A stretch of 64,000 bases of DNA from Candidatus Woesearchaeota archaeon. Its GTDB lineage: Archaea > Nanobdellota > Nanobdellia > Woesearchaeales > JAGVYF01. Below the pieces are notes generated by a model. The model was not told the DNA's origin, did not search any database, and saw only the letters and a list, made by a program, of their open reading frames with translations. This document shows positions 18,979 through 29,250 of the stretch, one piece after another. A program made the translations under genes and the position numbers. The stretch lies in assembly GCA_041650315.1 (NCBI GenBank), contig JBAZLJ010000001.1, positions 5,947-69,946 of the forward strand, written 5' to 3'. Position 1 is the first letter of the stretch. Each line of letters begins with the position of its first letter.

Positions 18979-19491
18979 AATATAATTGTAATATAACCTA
19001 CTAACCTTCATTTCATATAGATAATCAAGTTAACCTATACAGAGATGATCATAAACAATTAGATGATAACTGATATTACACTGACACCTTGATTTCTCAT
19101 AGAAAAATGAATATTTGAAAAAGTTAGATCTGTTCTTTTTTCTTCTTCTCTTATATTTTCTTTCTTTTTTACTTTTTTATTCTTTTTTCTTTCTTTTTTA
19201 TTATCTTTTTTATTATTTATTATTATATTTCTATATAGAAAATAATAATATAATAATATATAATAATAATAGTTTAATAATAATATAATATATATGAAAA
19301 CAAATAAAACGTTAGTTATACGGCTTATAACCTCATAATTTTTAAGTTTAAAGTTAAGGAAATCAGATAAAAAACAAGAGAAGGATTATTGGTTTGTGAG
19401 TTTTGCACAGGAAGAAGAGGGGAGGCATAGTAACATCATAACAACAATGTTTAAATACCTCTACTTCTCATGGAAATAGTATGGTGATAGA
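18979..19491. other. Predicted chromosomal replication origin (oriC): AT-rich unwinding element plus candidate mini-ORB-like boxes, immediately upstream of cdc6
   Basis: 513-bp non-coding gap. A pyrimidine (T/C) run at about 19130-19225 switches to an A/T quasi-palindrome at about 19225-19300. TTCTCAT(A/G)GAAA occurs at 19094-19105 and 19465-19476. Synteny is oriC-cdc6-DP1-DP2. Confidence 0.6.
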
Positions 19492-20718
19492 TTGGTTGAA
19501 AGGAAGCTAGACGGATTCTTCGAAGAGTTCTTGGATAAAGAGAGCGTCTTCATTAATAAAGATATTCTTGAATCAAAATACGCGCCTGACAATGTCCCGC
19601 ATAGGGATGATCAAATCAAACAGATAGCGAATATAATGGCACCTTGTCTCAAACTGCAAAAGCCTTCTAATTTGTTCATATATGGCAAGACTGGCACCGG
19701 TAAGACTTTGTCTGTTCTTTGCACTACCAATAAATTATCTGAATTGGCATTATCTAAAAGCATTCCTTTACGGGTTGTAACAATCAATTGCAAGATGAAA
19801 AGGATTGCTGATACTGAGTATAGGCTTATCGCGGAATTAGCGCGCGGTTTGGGTAGAGAGATTCCAGCAACTGGTCTTCCAACTGATGAAGTCTATAATC
19901 AGTTCTATCAAGAGCTTGACTCTAAAGAGCAGTTAATTATCTTAGTTCTTGATGAAATTGATCAACTTATTAAAAAAGCCGGCGATCAGATTCTTTATAG
20001 TCTTACTAGAATCAATTCGAATTTGAAAAGATCTAAAGTTAGTATAATCGGCATATCAAACGATTTGATGTTTGCGGACAATCTTGATCCTAGAGTTAAA
20101 AGTTCACTTTCTGAAGAAGAGTTAATGTTTCCTTCATATAACGCGTTACAACTGCAAGATATTTTGCGTGATCGTGCGGGGCAAGCTTTCAAGGAAGGAG
20201 TCATACAGCCAGGCGTTATTGAAAAATGCGCGGCGTATGCGGCGCATGAGCACGGCGATGCCAGACGCGCGCTTGAATTGCTGAGAGTTGCAGGAGATCT
20301 TGCTGATCGTAATAATAACCCGAAGGTTGAGCTTGGGCATATAGATGAAGCAGAATCTAAAATCGAGAAGGATAGGGTTCTGGATATAGTGACAACACAG
20401 CCTAAGCAGTGTCAAGCCACATTATTTTCAATAATATCAATGTATTCAAAGCGAGGGGGAGTCATCTTCACCGGTGAGGTCTATGAATTATACAAAAAAA
20501 TCTGCGCGAAGATTGGGTTGATACCTTTGACGCAGAGACGTTTGTCGGACATAATCGGTGAATTGGATATGCTGGGCATAATAACTGCCAAAATAATCTC
20601 GAAAGGAAGATTTGGACGGACCAGAGAAATATCTTTGGCAATTCCGGATGCGACAATCGGGAAAATAAACAGCATTCTTTTGACTTCGTTGGAACTCAAG
20701 GAAGGCATCGACTACTGA
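19492..20718 (+). CDS. cdc6: Orc1/Cdc6 replication initiator (AAA+ plus winged helix)
   Basis: Walker A GKTGTGKT, Walker B LVLDEID, N-terminal PHRDDQI motif. TTG start preceded by GGTGA. Confidence 0.95.
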   Translation: MVERKLDGFFEEFLDKESVFINKDILESKYAPDNVPHRDDQIKQIANIMAPCLKLQKPSNLFIYGKTGTGKTLSVLCTTNKLSELALSKSIPLRVVTINCKMKRIADTEYRLIAELARGLGREIPATGLPTDEVYNQFYQELDSKEQLIILVLDEIDQLIKKAGDQILYSLTRINSNLKRSKVSIIGISNDLMFADNLDPRVKSSLSEEELMFPSYNALQLQDILRDRAGQAFKEGVIQPGVIEKCAAYAAHEHGDARRALELLRVAGDLADRNNNPKVELGHIDEAESKIEKDRVLDIVTTQPKQCQATLFSIISMYSKRGGVIFTGEVYELYKKICAKIGLIPLTQRRLSDIIGELDMLGIITAKIISKGRFGRTREISLAIPDATIGKINSILLTSLELKEGIDY

Positions 20719-20759
20719 TTTAATTTATTGATTAGGTAGATGCAAGTTAGAGGGGGAAC

Positions 20760-22232
20760 TTGGAAAAGAAGGAGATAGTAAAATATCTTTTGAGTAAAGG
20801 TTATTTGGTTAATCCTGATAGTTTGGATAATTTTGATCTAGGCAGAGTTAGCGCTGAATATTCTTTGAAGCCTAATGAAATAGATGATTTCAAGCGGATG
20901 ATGTGCGCCACCCCTATTGTTAGGATAACTCCAGTCTGCGCATCGGTTGTGGCTGTACCGCCTATTGAGAAAAAGGATTCATCAGTCAAAATTGATTTTT
21001 CTTTTGCAGATGAAAGCAAGAAAAGGAGTTGCGATGATTTCGTTTCTTATTTTAGGGCGCGTTTCAAAACTTTACGTTCTATTCTTGAGCAGAGGCAGGA
21101 ACTGCAGAATGTTATTTCTTTGCAGCGGCTCAACAGCAAGAAAGAGAAAGAGCAGGTCGCGATAATCGGGATGGTATACGAAATACAGAAAACTAAATCA
21201 GGCAATATCATGCTCACGCTTGAGGATTTGACCGGCTCTATCAAATGCATAATTCCAAAAGAAAATAATGATATGCTGGAATTGGCTAAAGAATTAGTTC
21301 TTGATGAAATAATTGGCATTGTCGGTTTTTTTAATCAGAAATTTGTTTATGTGAATTCTTTAATTTGGCCGGATGTGCCATTGAGTAAGGAATTGAAGAA
21401 AAGTCCTGACGAAGCGTATGCTGTTTTCTTGAGTGATACTGAATTCGGAAGCAAATATTTTTTGAAGGATAAATTTGATGCGTTCTTGAAATGGATAAAC
21501 GGCGAGTTCGGGTCTGAAGAGCAGAAACAGATAGCTGCAAAAGTAAGGTATCTTTTTGTTGTCGGTGATCTTGTTGAAGGTGTGGGCATATATCCCGGGC
21601 AAGAGGCTGAATTGCTCGAGATAGATATATACAAGCAATATGAGATGTTCGCCGAAGCAATGAAGAAAATTCCTTCACGCATAAATATTGTACTTTCTCC
21701 AGGCAATCACGATGCAATGAGAATAGCTGAACCGCAGCCGCCATTGTACAAGGATTTGGCACCAGGCATTTGGCAATTGCCGAATGTAACTATGGTCAGC
21801 AATCCCGCGATTGTAAATATACATGGTTCTGAATCTTTCCCAGGTTTTGATATTCTGCTTTATCACGGGTATTCATTTGTTTATTACTCTGAGCATGTAG
21901 AGACGATACGTACCGCGGGGGGTCAGGACCGCGTTGATCTTATCATGAAATTATTGCTGAAGAAAAGGCATCTTGCGCCGACGCATACTTCAACACTTTA
22001 CCTTCCAATCGCTCTCAAAGATAATCTTGTAATCAGCAAAGTCCCAGATTTCTTTGTTTCAGGACATGTGCACCAGTTTTGCGCAGCTACTTACAAGAAT
22101 ATCACGTTATTGAATTGCTCTTGTTGGATAAGCCAGACACCTTTCCAAGAGAAGATGGGTATTGTGCCCAAACCGGCACGCGCTCTTGTCGCGAATCTTC
22201 AAACGCGTGAAATTAAGGTGATGAGGTTCTGA
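20760..22232 (+). CDS. DNA polymerase II (PolD) small subunit DP1
   Basis: 490 aa. Calcineurin-like phosphoesterase motifs (VVGDLVEG, GNHD, GHVH). TTG start preceded by GAGGGGGA. Directly precedes DP2. Confidence 0.9.
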   Translation: MEKKEIVKYLLSKGYLVNPDSLDNFDLGRVSAEYSLKPNEIDDFKRMMCATPIVRITPVCASVVAVPPIEKKDSSVKIDFSFADESKKRSCDDFVSYFRARFKTLRSILEQRQELQNVISLQRLNSKKEKEQVAIIGMVYEIQKTKSGNIMLTLEDLTGSIKCIIPKENNDMLELAKELVLDEIIGIVGFFNQKFVYVNSLIWPDVPLSKELKKSPDEAYAVFLSDTEFGSKYFLKDKFDAFLKWINGEFGSEEQKQIAAKVRYLFVVGDLVEGVGIYPGQEAELLEIDIYKQYEMFAEAMKKIPSRINIVLSPGNHDAMRIAEPQPPLYKDLAPGIWQLPNVTMVSNPAIVNIHGSESFPGFDILLYHGYSFVYYSEHVETIRTAGGQDRVDLIMKLLLKKRHLAPTHTSTLYLPIALKDNLVISKVPDFFVSGHVHQFCAATYKNITLLNCSCWISQTPFQEKMGIVPKPARALVANLQTREIKVMRF

Positions 22233-22234
22233 AC

Positions 22235-25200
22235 ATGGCGCAAGTACTAACTCCAACGATGCAAGATTATTTTTCCAGGATAGATGCAGAAGTCAAAAGA
22301 TGTTATGAGGTTGCCGAAATTGCAAGAAGCAAAGGACTTGATCCAGAATCTAAAGTTGATATCCCTCTCGCCTTGGACATGGCTGAACGTATTGAAGGTT
22401 TAATCAGCGCAATGGTTCCGCAAGTTTTGAAATCTGGCATTGCTCAGCGTATCAGAGAATTGGAAGTCAAGTTCGGCAATTCAGATTGGAGAGTTGCTCT
22501 CAATATCGCGCATGAGACTGCGAAACAGAAGTTCTGCAAATTCAAAGATGAAAAAGAAGCGATGGAAACCGGAATTCGTCTTGGTCTTGCTTATGTAACT
22601 CTCGGGATTATTTCTGCGCCGCTTGAGGGTTTCTTGGATATTAATCTCAAGGACACTAAAGACGGCAAAAAGTATATGGCAGTTAATTATGCCGGTCCGA
22701 TTAGGGCTTCTGGGGGAACTGCTGCGGCGGTGTCTGTAATTATTGCGGATTATGTCAGGATGAAAATGGGTTATGCAAAATATGATCCTGACGAGAATGA
22801 AGTCAAGCGTATCTGTACAGAGATTGATGATTATCATGAAAGGTGCAGTAATCTCCAGTATCGTCCTTCACGGGAAGAAGTTGATTTCTTAGTCAGGCAT
22901 ATGCCTGTTGAAATTGACGGCGATCCGACTGAAGAAGTTGAAGTTTCTAATTACAAAGATATGCCTAGAATAAAATCGAATCGTGTTCGCGGTGGTATGT
23001 GCCTTGTCCTTGCGGAAGGTGTTGCGCAAAAAGGTTCTAAACTGTGGGGCAAAGTATCAAAGTGGGGCGTTGAGATGGAGCTTGATTGGATGTGGCTCAA
23101 AGAATTCCTTGATTTGCAGAAGTTGATGAAAGCCAAGATGAGTGCTGCGCCTGCTGCTGCGCCCGCTCCTGCTACAGCAGGTTCTGTAGAAAAGAAAGAT
23201 GATCATCCAAAAGAAAAGCCTAAGATAATGCCGAATTTTACATTCATCAAAGATTTAGTCGCTGGACGTCCCATCCTGACTTTTCCTTTGGCTCATGGCG
23301 GATTCAGGTTGCGTTACGGACGTTCGCGTACATCAGGATTTGCAGCTTATTCGATACATCCAGCTACTATGATAGTGCTTGATAAGTTTATTGCGACGGG
23401 TACTCAGTTGAAAGTTGAGCGTCCTGGTAAAGCTACTGTTCTCAGTCCTTGCGATACGCTTGAAGGGCCTATTGTAAGATTGAATGATGGCTCAGTCTTG
23501 CGTCTTGATAGCGAAGAAGACGCTAAAAAAATACGGAAAGATGTGGATGAGATAATCTATCTTGGAGATTTGCTTGTCGCCTATGGCGATTTTGTAGAAA
23601 ATAATCACATTCTTGTGCCTGCTGGATATTGCGAAGAATGGTATTCGCAAGAATTGGAGAAAGCCATCGTCAATACTTTCGGTTCGCTTGATGCGCTTAA
23701 ACTGAGCGAACTGACTCGTATTAATCTTGATACTGTGAATTCATTACTAACAAAACCGCTTGCTACTAAGATTTCTATCGCTGATTCCATTACGTTGTCT
23801 AAGACATTGAATATTCCTCTGCATCCAGTCTTTACTTTACATTGGAATGCTATTACTCTAGAACAATTCAATCAGCTAGTAAATCATCTGGGGAATATCA
23901 ATATAGTCAAAGAAGAAGGCGAAATAAAAAAACTCGTTTTCCCGTACGATGCTTCTGTCAAACGTATATTGGAGTTGGTAGGTGTTCCGCATATCCTTGC
24001 GAATAAGGAGTTCATTGTTATTGGTCATGATTATGGAACTGTTCTGCTTTCAAATCTGAACTATACAGATTCTTTCGATGTGTCTGGTATGATTGGTTTG
24101 ATTAATGAAGGCGCGAAGGACACTCTTTCCGTTGTGAATAAAATTTCTAAAATTGTTGTGCGCGATAAGTCAGGTACATTTATTGGCGCAAGGATGGGGC
24201 GTCCTGAAAAAGCAAAAATGAGGAAAATGAATGGAAGTCCGCATACTTTATTTTCGTTGGGCGAAGAAGGCGGACGTCTAAAGACTTTCCAGAGCGCGCT
24301 TGAGAAAGGCAAGATAACTGCGGATTTCCCCAACTTTACTTGTCCTAAATGCAATAAACCAACTATATATCCATCTTGCGAAACTTGCGGGACTAAAGTG
24401 AAAGTTTCATATTATTGCAGAGGATGTGACAGACCGATTGATTCACCAGAATGCAAACAACACGGCAAGACTCAAGCGTATAAGAAACAGTCTATTGATA
24501 TCAAGCACTATTTTGACGACGCCATATCTAAATTGAAGATGCCCACTTTCCCCGATCAGATAAAAGGTGTGCGTTCGACTATCAACAAGGATAGGATACC
24601 TGAACATTTATCGAAAGGAATTTTGCGTGCTAAACATAATGTATATGTGAATAAAGATGGAACTACTAGATATGATATGATTCAGATGCCTGTAACACAT
24701 TTCAGGCTTAAAGAAGTGCGTACTTCTGTTGAGAAATTGAAGTCGATGGGTTATATCAATGATATACATGGTAATCCAATTATTTCTGATGAGCAAGTAA
24801 TTGAATTGAAGCCGCAGGATATAATATTGCCTTGCTGTCCGGAATCGATGGAAGAGCCTGCTGATGAAGTGTTGTTCAGGATAGCCAAATTCATTGATGA
24901 CTTACTGCAGATGCATTATGGCGTTGCGCCTTATTATAATCTGAAAACGAAAGAGGATTTGATTGGTCATTTCTTGATAAATCTCGCGCCGCACACTTCT
25001 GCTGGAAGTATTTCGCGTATACTCGGTTTTTCGAAGACGCAGGGTATGTTATGTCATCCACTTGCACATGCTGCTACGCGTCGGAATTGCGACGGAGACG
25101 AGGCAGGGGTTATGCTGTTGATGGACGGGCTTTTGAATTTCTCGCGTCAGTTTCTTCCTGATAAAAGAGGCGGGCGTACCATGGATGCATGTCTTGTTCT

Positions 25201-25837
25201 GACTTTGCGGATTGTACCGACTGAGGTAGATACTGAAGTGCATAACGTTGATATCGCATGGAGGTACCCTCTCGAGCTTTATGAGTTGGCTCTTCAGTAC
25301 AAGCATCCTTCTGAAGTCAAGATTAAACAAATAGGCCAAGTGCTGGGCCAAACTGAACAATACGAAGGACAAGGTTTTACACACGACACTTCGGATTTCA
25401 ATGCGGGTGTTCGTTGTTCTGCGTATAAGTTATTGCCGAGCATGCAGGAGAAACTGCAAGGGCAGATGGAGCTTGCCCGTAAGATCCGTGCTGTAGATGC
25501 TAGAGATGTAGCTACTATGGTTATTGAGAAGCATTTTATCCGTGACATAAAAGGGAATCTACGTAAATTCTCTGAGCAGACTTTCAGATGCGTCGGTTGC
25601 AATGAGATATACAGACGTCCACCTTTACTAGGTAAATGCCTTGTTTGTGGCGGCAAGATAATATTCACAATCAGTGAAGGTTCGATTGTCAAATATCTCG
25701 AGCCGAGTCTTGAGCTTGCGCGCAAATACGGCGTACACGCTTTCTTGAAGCAAAGTCTCGATCTTCTTGTACGGCGCGTTGAAGGAGTATTCGGCAAGGA
25801 TAAAGAGAAGCAGTCTGGATTAGGGAAATGGTTTTAG
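22235..25837 (+). CDS. DNA polymerase II (PolD) large subunit DP2
   Basis: 1,200 aa with Cys clusters (CPKCN..CETCG; CVGCN..CLVCGG) and conserved DP2 blocks. The length gives no sign of an intein. Confidence 0.95.
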   Translation: MAQVLTPTMQDYFSRIDAEVKRCYEVAEIARSKGLDPESKVDIPLALDMAERIEGLISAMVPQVLKSGIAQRIRELEVKFGNSDWRVALNIAHETAKQKFCKFKDEKEAMETGIRLGLAYVTLGIISAPLEGFLDINLKDTKDGKKYMAVNYAGPIRASGGTAAAVSVIIADYVRMKMGYAKYDPDENEVKRICTEIDDYHERCSNLQYRPSREEVDFLVRHMPVEIDGDPTEEVEVSNYKDMPRIKSNRVRGGMCLVLAEGVAQKGSKLWGKVSKWGVEMELDWMWLKEFLDLQKLMKAKMSAAPAAAPAPATAGSVEKKDDHPKEKPKIMPNFTFIKDLVAGRPILTFPLAHGGFRLRYGRSRTSGFAAYSIHPATMIVLDKFIATGTQLKVERPGKATVLSPCDTLEGPIVRLNDGSVLRLDSEEDAKKIRKDVDEIIYLGDLLVAYGDFVENNHILVPAGYCEEWYSQELEKAIVNTFGSLDALKLSELTRINLDTVNSLLTKPLATKISIADSITLSKTLNIPLHPVFTLHWNAITLEQFNQLVNHLGNINIVKEEGEIKKLVFPYDASVKRILELVGVPHILANKEFIVIGHDYGTVLLSNLNYTDSFDVSGMIGLINEGAKDTLSVVNKISKIVVRDKSGTFIGARMGRPEKAKMRKMNGSPHTLFSLGEEGGRLKTFQSALEKGKITADFPNFTCPKCNKPTIYPSCETCGTKVKVSYYCRGCDRPIDSPECKQHGKTQAYKKQSIDIKHYFDDAISKLKMPTFPDQIKGVRSTINKDRIPEHLSKGILRAKHNVYVNKDGTTRYDMIQMPVTHFRLKEVRTSVEKLKSMGYINDIHGNPIISDEQVIELKPQDIILPCCPESMEEPADEVLFRIAKFIDDLLQMHYGVAPYYNLKTKEDLIGHFLINLAPHTSAGSISRILGFSKTQGMLCHPLAHAATRRNCDGDEAGVMLLMDGLLNFSRQFLPDKRGGRTMDACLVLTLRIVPTEVDTEVHNVDIAWRYPLELYELALQYKHPSEVKIKQIGQVLGQTEQYEGQGFTHDTSDFNAGVRCSAYKLLPSMQEKLQGQMELARKIRAVDARDVATMVIEKHFIRDIKGNLRKFSEQTFRCVGCNEIYRRPPLLGKCLVCGGKIIFTISEGSIVKYLEPSLELARKYGVHAFLKQSLDLLVRRVEGVFGKDKEKQSGLGKWF

Positions 25838-25879
25838 CTATAGAATTTGATTTATAGTTACAAATAATTTAGAATGTAT

Positions 25880-26071
25880 CTATTCGAAGTATTCTACTCT
25901 GATTTTCTTTTCTTTAGAATCAGGTGATTTTGAATTTATGAACTTATAGTTTGAAACGCTATTCGCTTTAGCCCAAGCATTGGCTGAATCTTCAGATTTG
26001 AAAGTCTTAGGTCTAGATAATCTATTCCTGCCGTTATGCTTCAATATTGGTTTAAAGTGTGCGATGCTCAT
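25880..26071 (-). CDS. Hypothetical small basic protein
   Basis: 63-aa ORF in an otherwise empty gap. Confidence 0.3.
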   Translation of the reverse strand: MSIAHFKPILKHNGRNRLSRPKTFKSEDSANAWAKANSVSNYKFINSKSPDSKEKKIRVEYFE

Positions 26072-26169
26072 TTCACTCTTAAGATAAGCAAGGGGTTTAT
26101 AAACGTTTTGGTAAATGATATGTGATTCATCAAAAGATATTTAAAGTATATTTTAAACTCATAGCCGTT

Positions 26170-29100
26170 ATGTACGTACCAAACGAGCTTGAGAAAGAAG
26201 TGCTGAATTTCTGGCAGACTCATGATATATTCAACAAGCTTAGGAATAGGAACAAAGGCAAAAAAAAGTATAGCTTCATAGATGGACCTATAACTGCCAA
26301 TAATCCTATGGGTGTTCATCACGCTTGGGGACGTACTTACAAGGATGTATATCAAAGATTTAAGGCATTACAAGGTTTTGATCAGCGTTATCAGAACGGA
26401 TTTGATTGTCAAGGTCTCTGGGTTGAAGTTGAAGTTGAGAAGGATCTTGGGTTTGATAGCAAGAAGGATATTGAGAATTTCGGTCTTGATAAATTCTCAG
26501 AAGCTTGCAAAGAACGTATCGAAAAGTATTCTGGTATTCAGGCAAGTCAGTCAATCAGGCTTGGTCAATGGATGGATTGGGACAATTCCTATTATACTCA
26601 TACTGATAATAATATAGAGCATATTTGGCATTTCTTGAAGAAGTGCTTGGATAATAAATGGCTTTACAAAGGGCATAGAGTCATGCCTTGGTGCATAAGG
26701 TGCGGAACTTCTTTGTCTCAGCATGAGCTTGTGGACAGCTATAAGGACATGGAGCATACTTCTGTCTTTTTGCAGTTCAAGCTCAAGCATAAGAAAGATG
26801 ATGAGTATTTGCTTGTTTGGACAACTACGCCATGGACTTTGAGTTCGAACGTTGCCTGTGCGGTTAATCCTGACCTTTCTTATGTAGAAGTAAGCAAGCA
26901 AGGAAAGATATACTACTTATCTGAAAAAACGCTCCCTAAACTTGGTGGAGAATATATTGTTCTTGATCATCATTCAGGCAAAGATTTGTTGGGTTGGGAA
27001 TACGAATCACCTTACCCAGAGATACCTGCACAGAAAAAAGTCGTTCACAAAGTTGTTCCTTGGGGAGTTGTCGGTGAAGACGAAGGAACTGGTATCGTTC
27101 ATATCGCGCCAGGGTGCGGAGCTGAAGATAATCAACTTGGTAAGGAACTGAAACTTGACACAATCGCTCCAATCGATGAAGCTGGCAATTATTTGGAAGG
27201 TTTCGGCTGGCAGACTGGCAAGAATATCAAAGATATGCTTAATCCTATTCTTGATGACCTTAAGAAAAAAGGCATCTTATACAAACAAGATCAATACAAG
27301 CACAGATATCCAGTTTGCTGGAGATGTGGTGATGAACTTGCGTTTAGGCTTGTTGATGAATGGTTCATAGCAAGCGAAGAATTACGCCCTCGCTTGATAA
27401 AGGCGGCGAAGGAAGTTGAGTGGGTTCCAGATTATGGCGGAAAACTCATGGAAGATTGGCTCAATAATATGGGCGATTGGTGCATCTCGCGTAAAAGGTT
27501 CTGGGGATTGCCGTTGCCTATCTGGAGATGCAAGAACGGACATGAGCATTTCATAGAATCTAAAAAAGAGTTAGAGGAAAAAGCAGTTTCCGGACTTCCG
27601 TTACAAGAATTGCACAGACCATGGATTGATGCTGTCAAAATCAAATGTGATAAATGCAAAGAGTTAATGACAAGAATACCTGATGTAGGCGATTGCTGGC
27701 TTGATGCCGGAATTGTTCCGTTCTCTACACTTAATTATCTGAATGACCGCGAGTATTGGGAACAATGGTACCCTGCTGAACTTGTTATAGAAATGAGAGA
27801 GCAGATCAGGTTGTGGTTCTATTCATTATTGTTCATGAGCGTAACATTGCAAGATAAGGCGCCATATAAACGTGTTTTCGCATATGAAAAAGTACATGAT
27901 GAAACCGGACGTCCAATGCATAAAAGTTGGGGCAACGCTATCTGGTTTGATGAAGCTGTCGAGAAGATGGGCGCAGATGTCATGAGATGGATGTATATGT
28001 CACATAGACCACATCAGAATCTTAACTTTGGTTACAAAGGCGCAAACGATACCAAACAATTGCTTTCAACAGTTTTCAATATCCGTGAATATCTTAAAGA
28101 TTATATTGTGAATAATGATTTCAAAGGAATAAATCTGACTGAGCCTGAAGATAGATGGATTATGTCCAGATTGAATAATCTGAAAAAGAAAATTACTTTA
28201 AATCTTGAAGAACTTAAACCAAATGTTGCTACTAATCTGATTGAAGAGTTCTTCCTTGAAGATCTTTCACGTACTTATATTCAATTCATTCGCGATAGGA
28301 TAAACGAAAAGAAAAACAAGGAAGTCGTTTACATACTATACAATTGCTTGTTCGAAGTATTGAAACTCATGTCGCCAATCGCGCCGTTCATGACTGAGAA
28401 AATATACCAAGAGTCGTTTAGACTATATGAAAATAAAGAGTCCATACATTTATTCTTCTGGCCTGCATTCGATCAGGCAGCAATCGATGAGAAACTAGAG
28501 ACTGAGATGGACATTGTCAAGAATGCAATACAAGCAATACTTGGCGCTAGAGAGAAAGCACAACTCGGCATAAGATGGCCAATAAAAGAAGTTGTTGTCG
28601 AATGCGATGAGAATGCTGGAGTCGCTATCAAATCGCTCCAGAAAATGATCAAGAGCCAGACTAATATCAAGATATTGCAGATTAATTCAAATATTCCTGA
28701 AATGAAAATTGAGATACTTCCTAATCATAAAATGCTCGGTCCGAAATTCGGTAATATGACTCCTAAAATAATAGGGTATTTAGCGGAAAGCAATTGCGAT
28801 AAGATATTAGCTGAGATGAAAAAAATAGGCAAACATGATGTCAAGATTGGAAAAGATACTTTTGAATTGAGAGAGGAAGATGTTGTCATCAAGAAGGAAG
28901 TTCCTGAACCATATATAATTGGCGAGTTCAAGTATGGTCATGTGTATTTGAATACTGAACGTGATGCTGAGCTTGATGAAGAAGGTTATGTTCGTGAATT
29001 GACTAGGCGTATCCAGACCGGACGTAAGAATGCGGAGCTTGTTAAAGCGGATAGAATCAAACTTTATATTAAAACAGAAATGGCTGATGATCTTGAAAAA

Positions 29101-29238
29101 TGGAAAGAGCATATCCTTAACAAAGTTGGCGCTGAAGTTCTTGAGATAAGCAAAGAGGATTCTGCTGGTGCTTTCGATCACAGTTTTGAAGAGAAGATCA
29201 AAGACAGAGAGTTCTATGTCAGATTGAGCAAAGTTTAA
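26170..29238 (+). CDS. ileS: Isoleucine--tRNA ligase (type 2-like class Ia synthetase)
   Basis: GPITANNPMGVHHAWGRTYKD (HIGH-region variant), NGFDCQGLWVEVEVEKDLG, CP1 editing block WTTTPWTLSSNVACAVNP, KMSKS-position MHKSWGN. Start taken at the MYVPNELEKEVLNFWQ Met; the track ORF begins at 26122. Confidence 0.8.
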   Translation: MYVPNELEKEVLNFWQTHDIFNKLRNRNKGKKKYSFIDGPITANNPMGVHHAWGRTYKDVYQRFKALQGFDQRYQNGFDCQGLWVEVEVEKDLGFDSKKDIENFGLDKFSEACKERIEKYSGIQASQSIRLGQWMDWDNSYYTHTDNNIEHIWHFLKKCLDNKWLYKGHRVMPWCIRCGTSLSQHELVDSYKDMEHTSVFLQFKLKHKKDDEYLLVWTTTPWTLSSNVACAVNPDLSYVEVSKQGKIYYLSEKTLPKLGGEYIVLDHHSGKDLLGWEYESPYPEIPAQKKVVHKVVPWGVVGEDEGTGIVHIAPGCGAEDNQLGKELKLDTIAPIDEAGNYLEGFGWQTGKNIKDMLNPILDDLKKKGILYKQDQYKHRYPVCWRCGDELAFRLVDEWFIASEELRPRLIKAAKEVEWVPDYGGKLMEDWLNNMGDWCISRKRFWGLPLPIWRCKNGHEHFIESKKELEEKAVSGLPLQELHRPWIDAVKIKCDKCKELMTRIPDVGDCWLDAGIVPFSTLNYLNDREYWEQWYPAELVIEMREQIRLWFYSLLFMSVTLQDKAPYKRVFAYEKVHDETGRPMHKSWGNAIWFDEAVEKMGADVMRWMYMSHRPHQNLNFGYKGANDTKQLLSTVFNIREYLKDYIVNNDFKGINLTEPEDRWIMSRLNNLKKKITLNLEELKPNVATNLIEEFFLEDLSRTYIQFIRDRINEKKNKEVVYILYNCLFEVLKLMSPIAPFMTEKIYQESFRLYENKESIHLFFWPAFDQAAIDEKLETEMDIVKNAIQAILGAREKAQLGIRWPIKEVVVECDENAGVAIKSLQKMIKSQTNIKILQINSNIPEMKIEILPNHKMLGPKFGNMTPKIIGYLAESNCDKILAEMKKIGKHDVKIGKDTFELREEDVVIKKEVPEPYIIGEFKYGHVYLNTERDAELDEEGYVRELTRRIQTGRKNAELVKADRIKLYIKTEMADDLEKWKEHILNKVGAEVLEISKEDSAGAFDHSFEEKIKDREFYVRLSKV

Positions 29239-29250
29239 GGTTTTTCTTTA

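Noticed and set aside
19130-19300. Poly-T/C and (ATA)n-like low-complexity tract as a possible satellite or assembly artefact
   Set aside because: Its position immediately upstream of cdc6 and its strand-composition switch fit an origin unwinding element.
22235-25837. Inteins or other insertions in DP2; also considered for MCM (55915-57936), GyrA and Cdc6
   Set aside because: Protein lengths are normal for the families, and no Cys/Ser...HN splice-junction blocks or homing-endonuclease motifs were seen.
26068-26355. 95-aa minus-strand ORF, and the 26122 start of the ileS ORF
   Set aside because: The minus ORF overlaps the ileS 5' end and promoter. The conserved IleRS N-terminus begins at the Met at 26170, preceded by TATA-like sequence.
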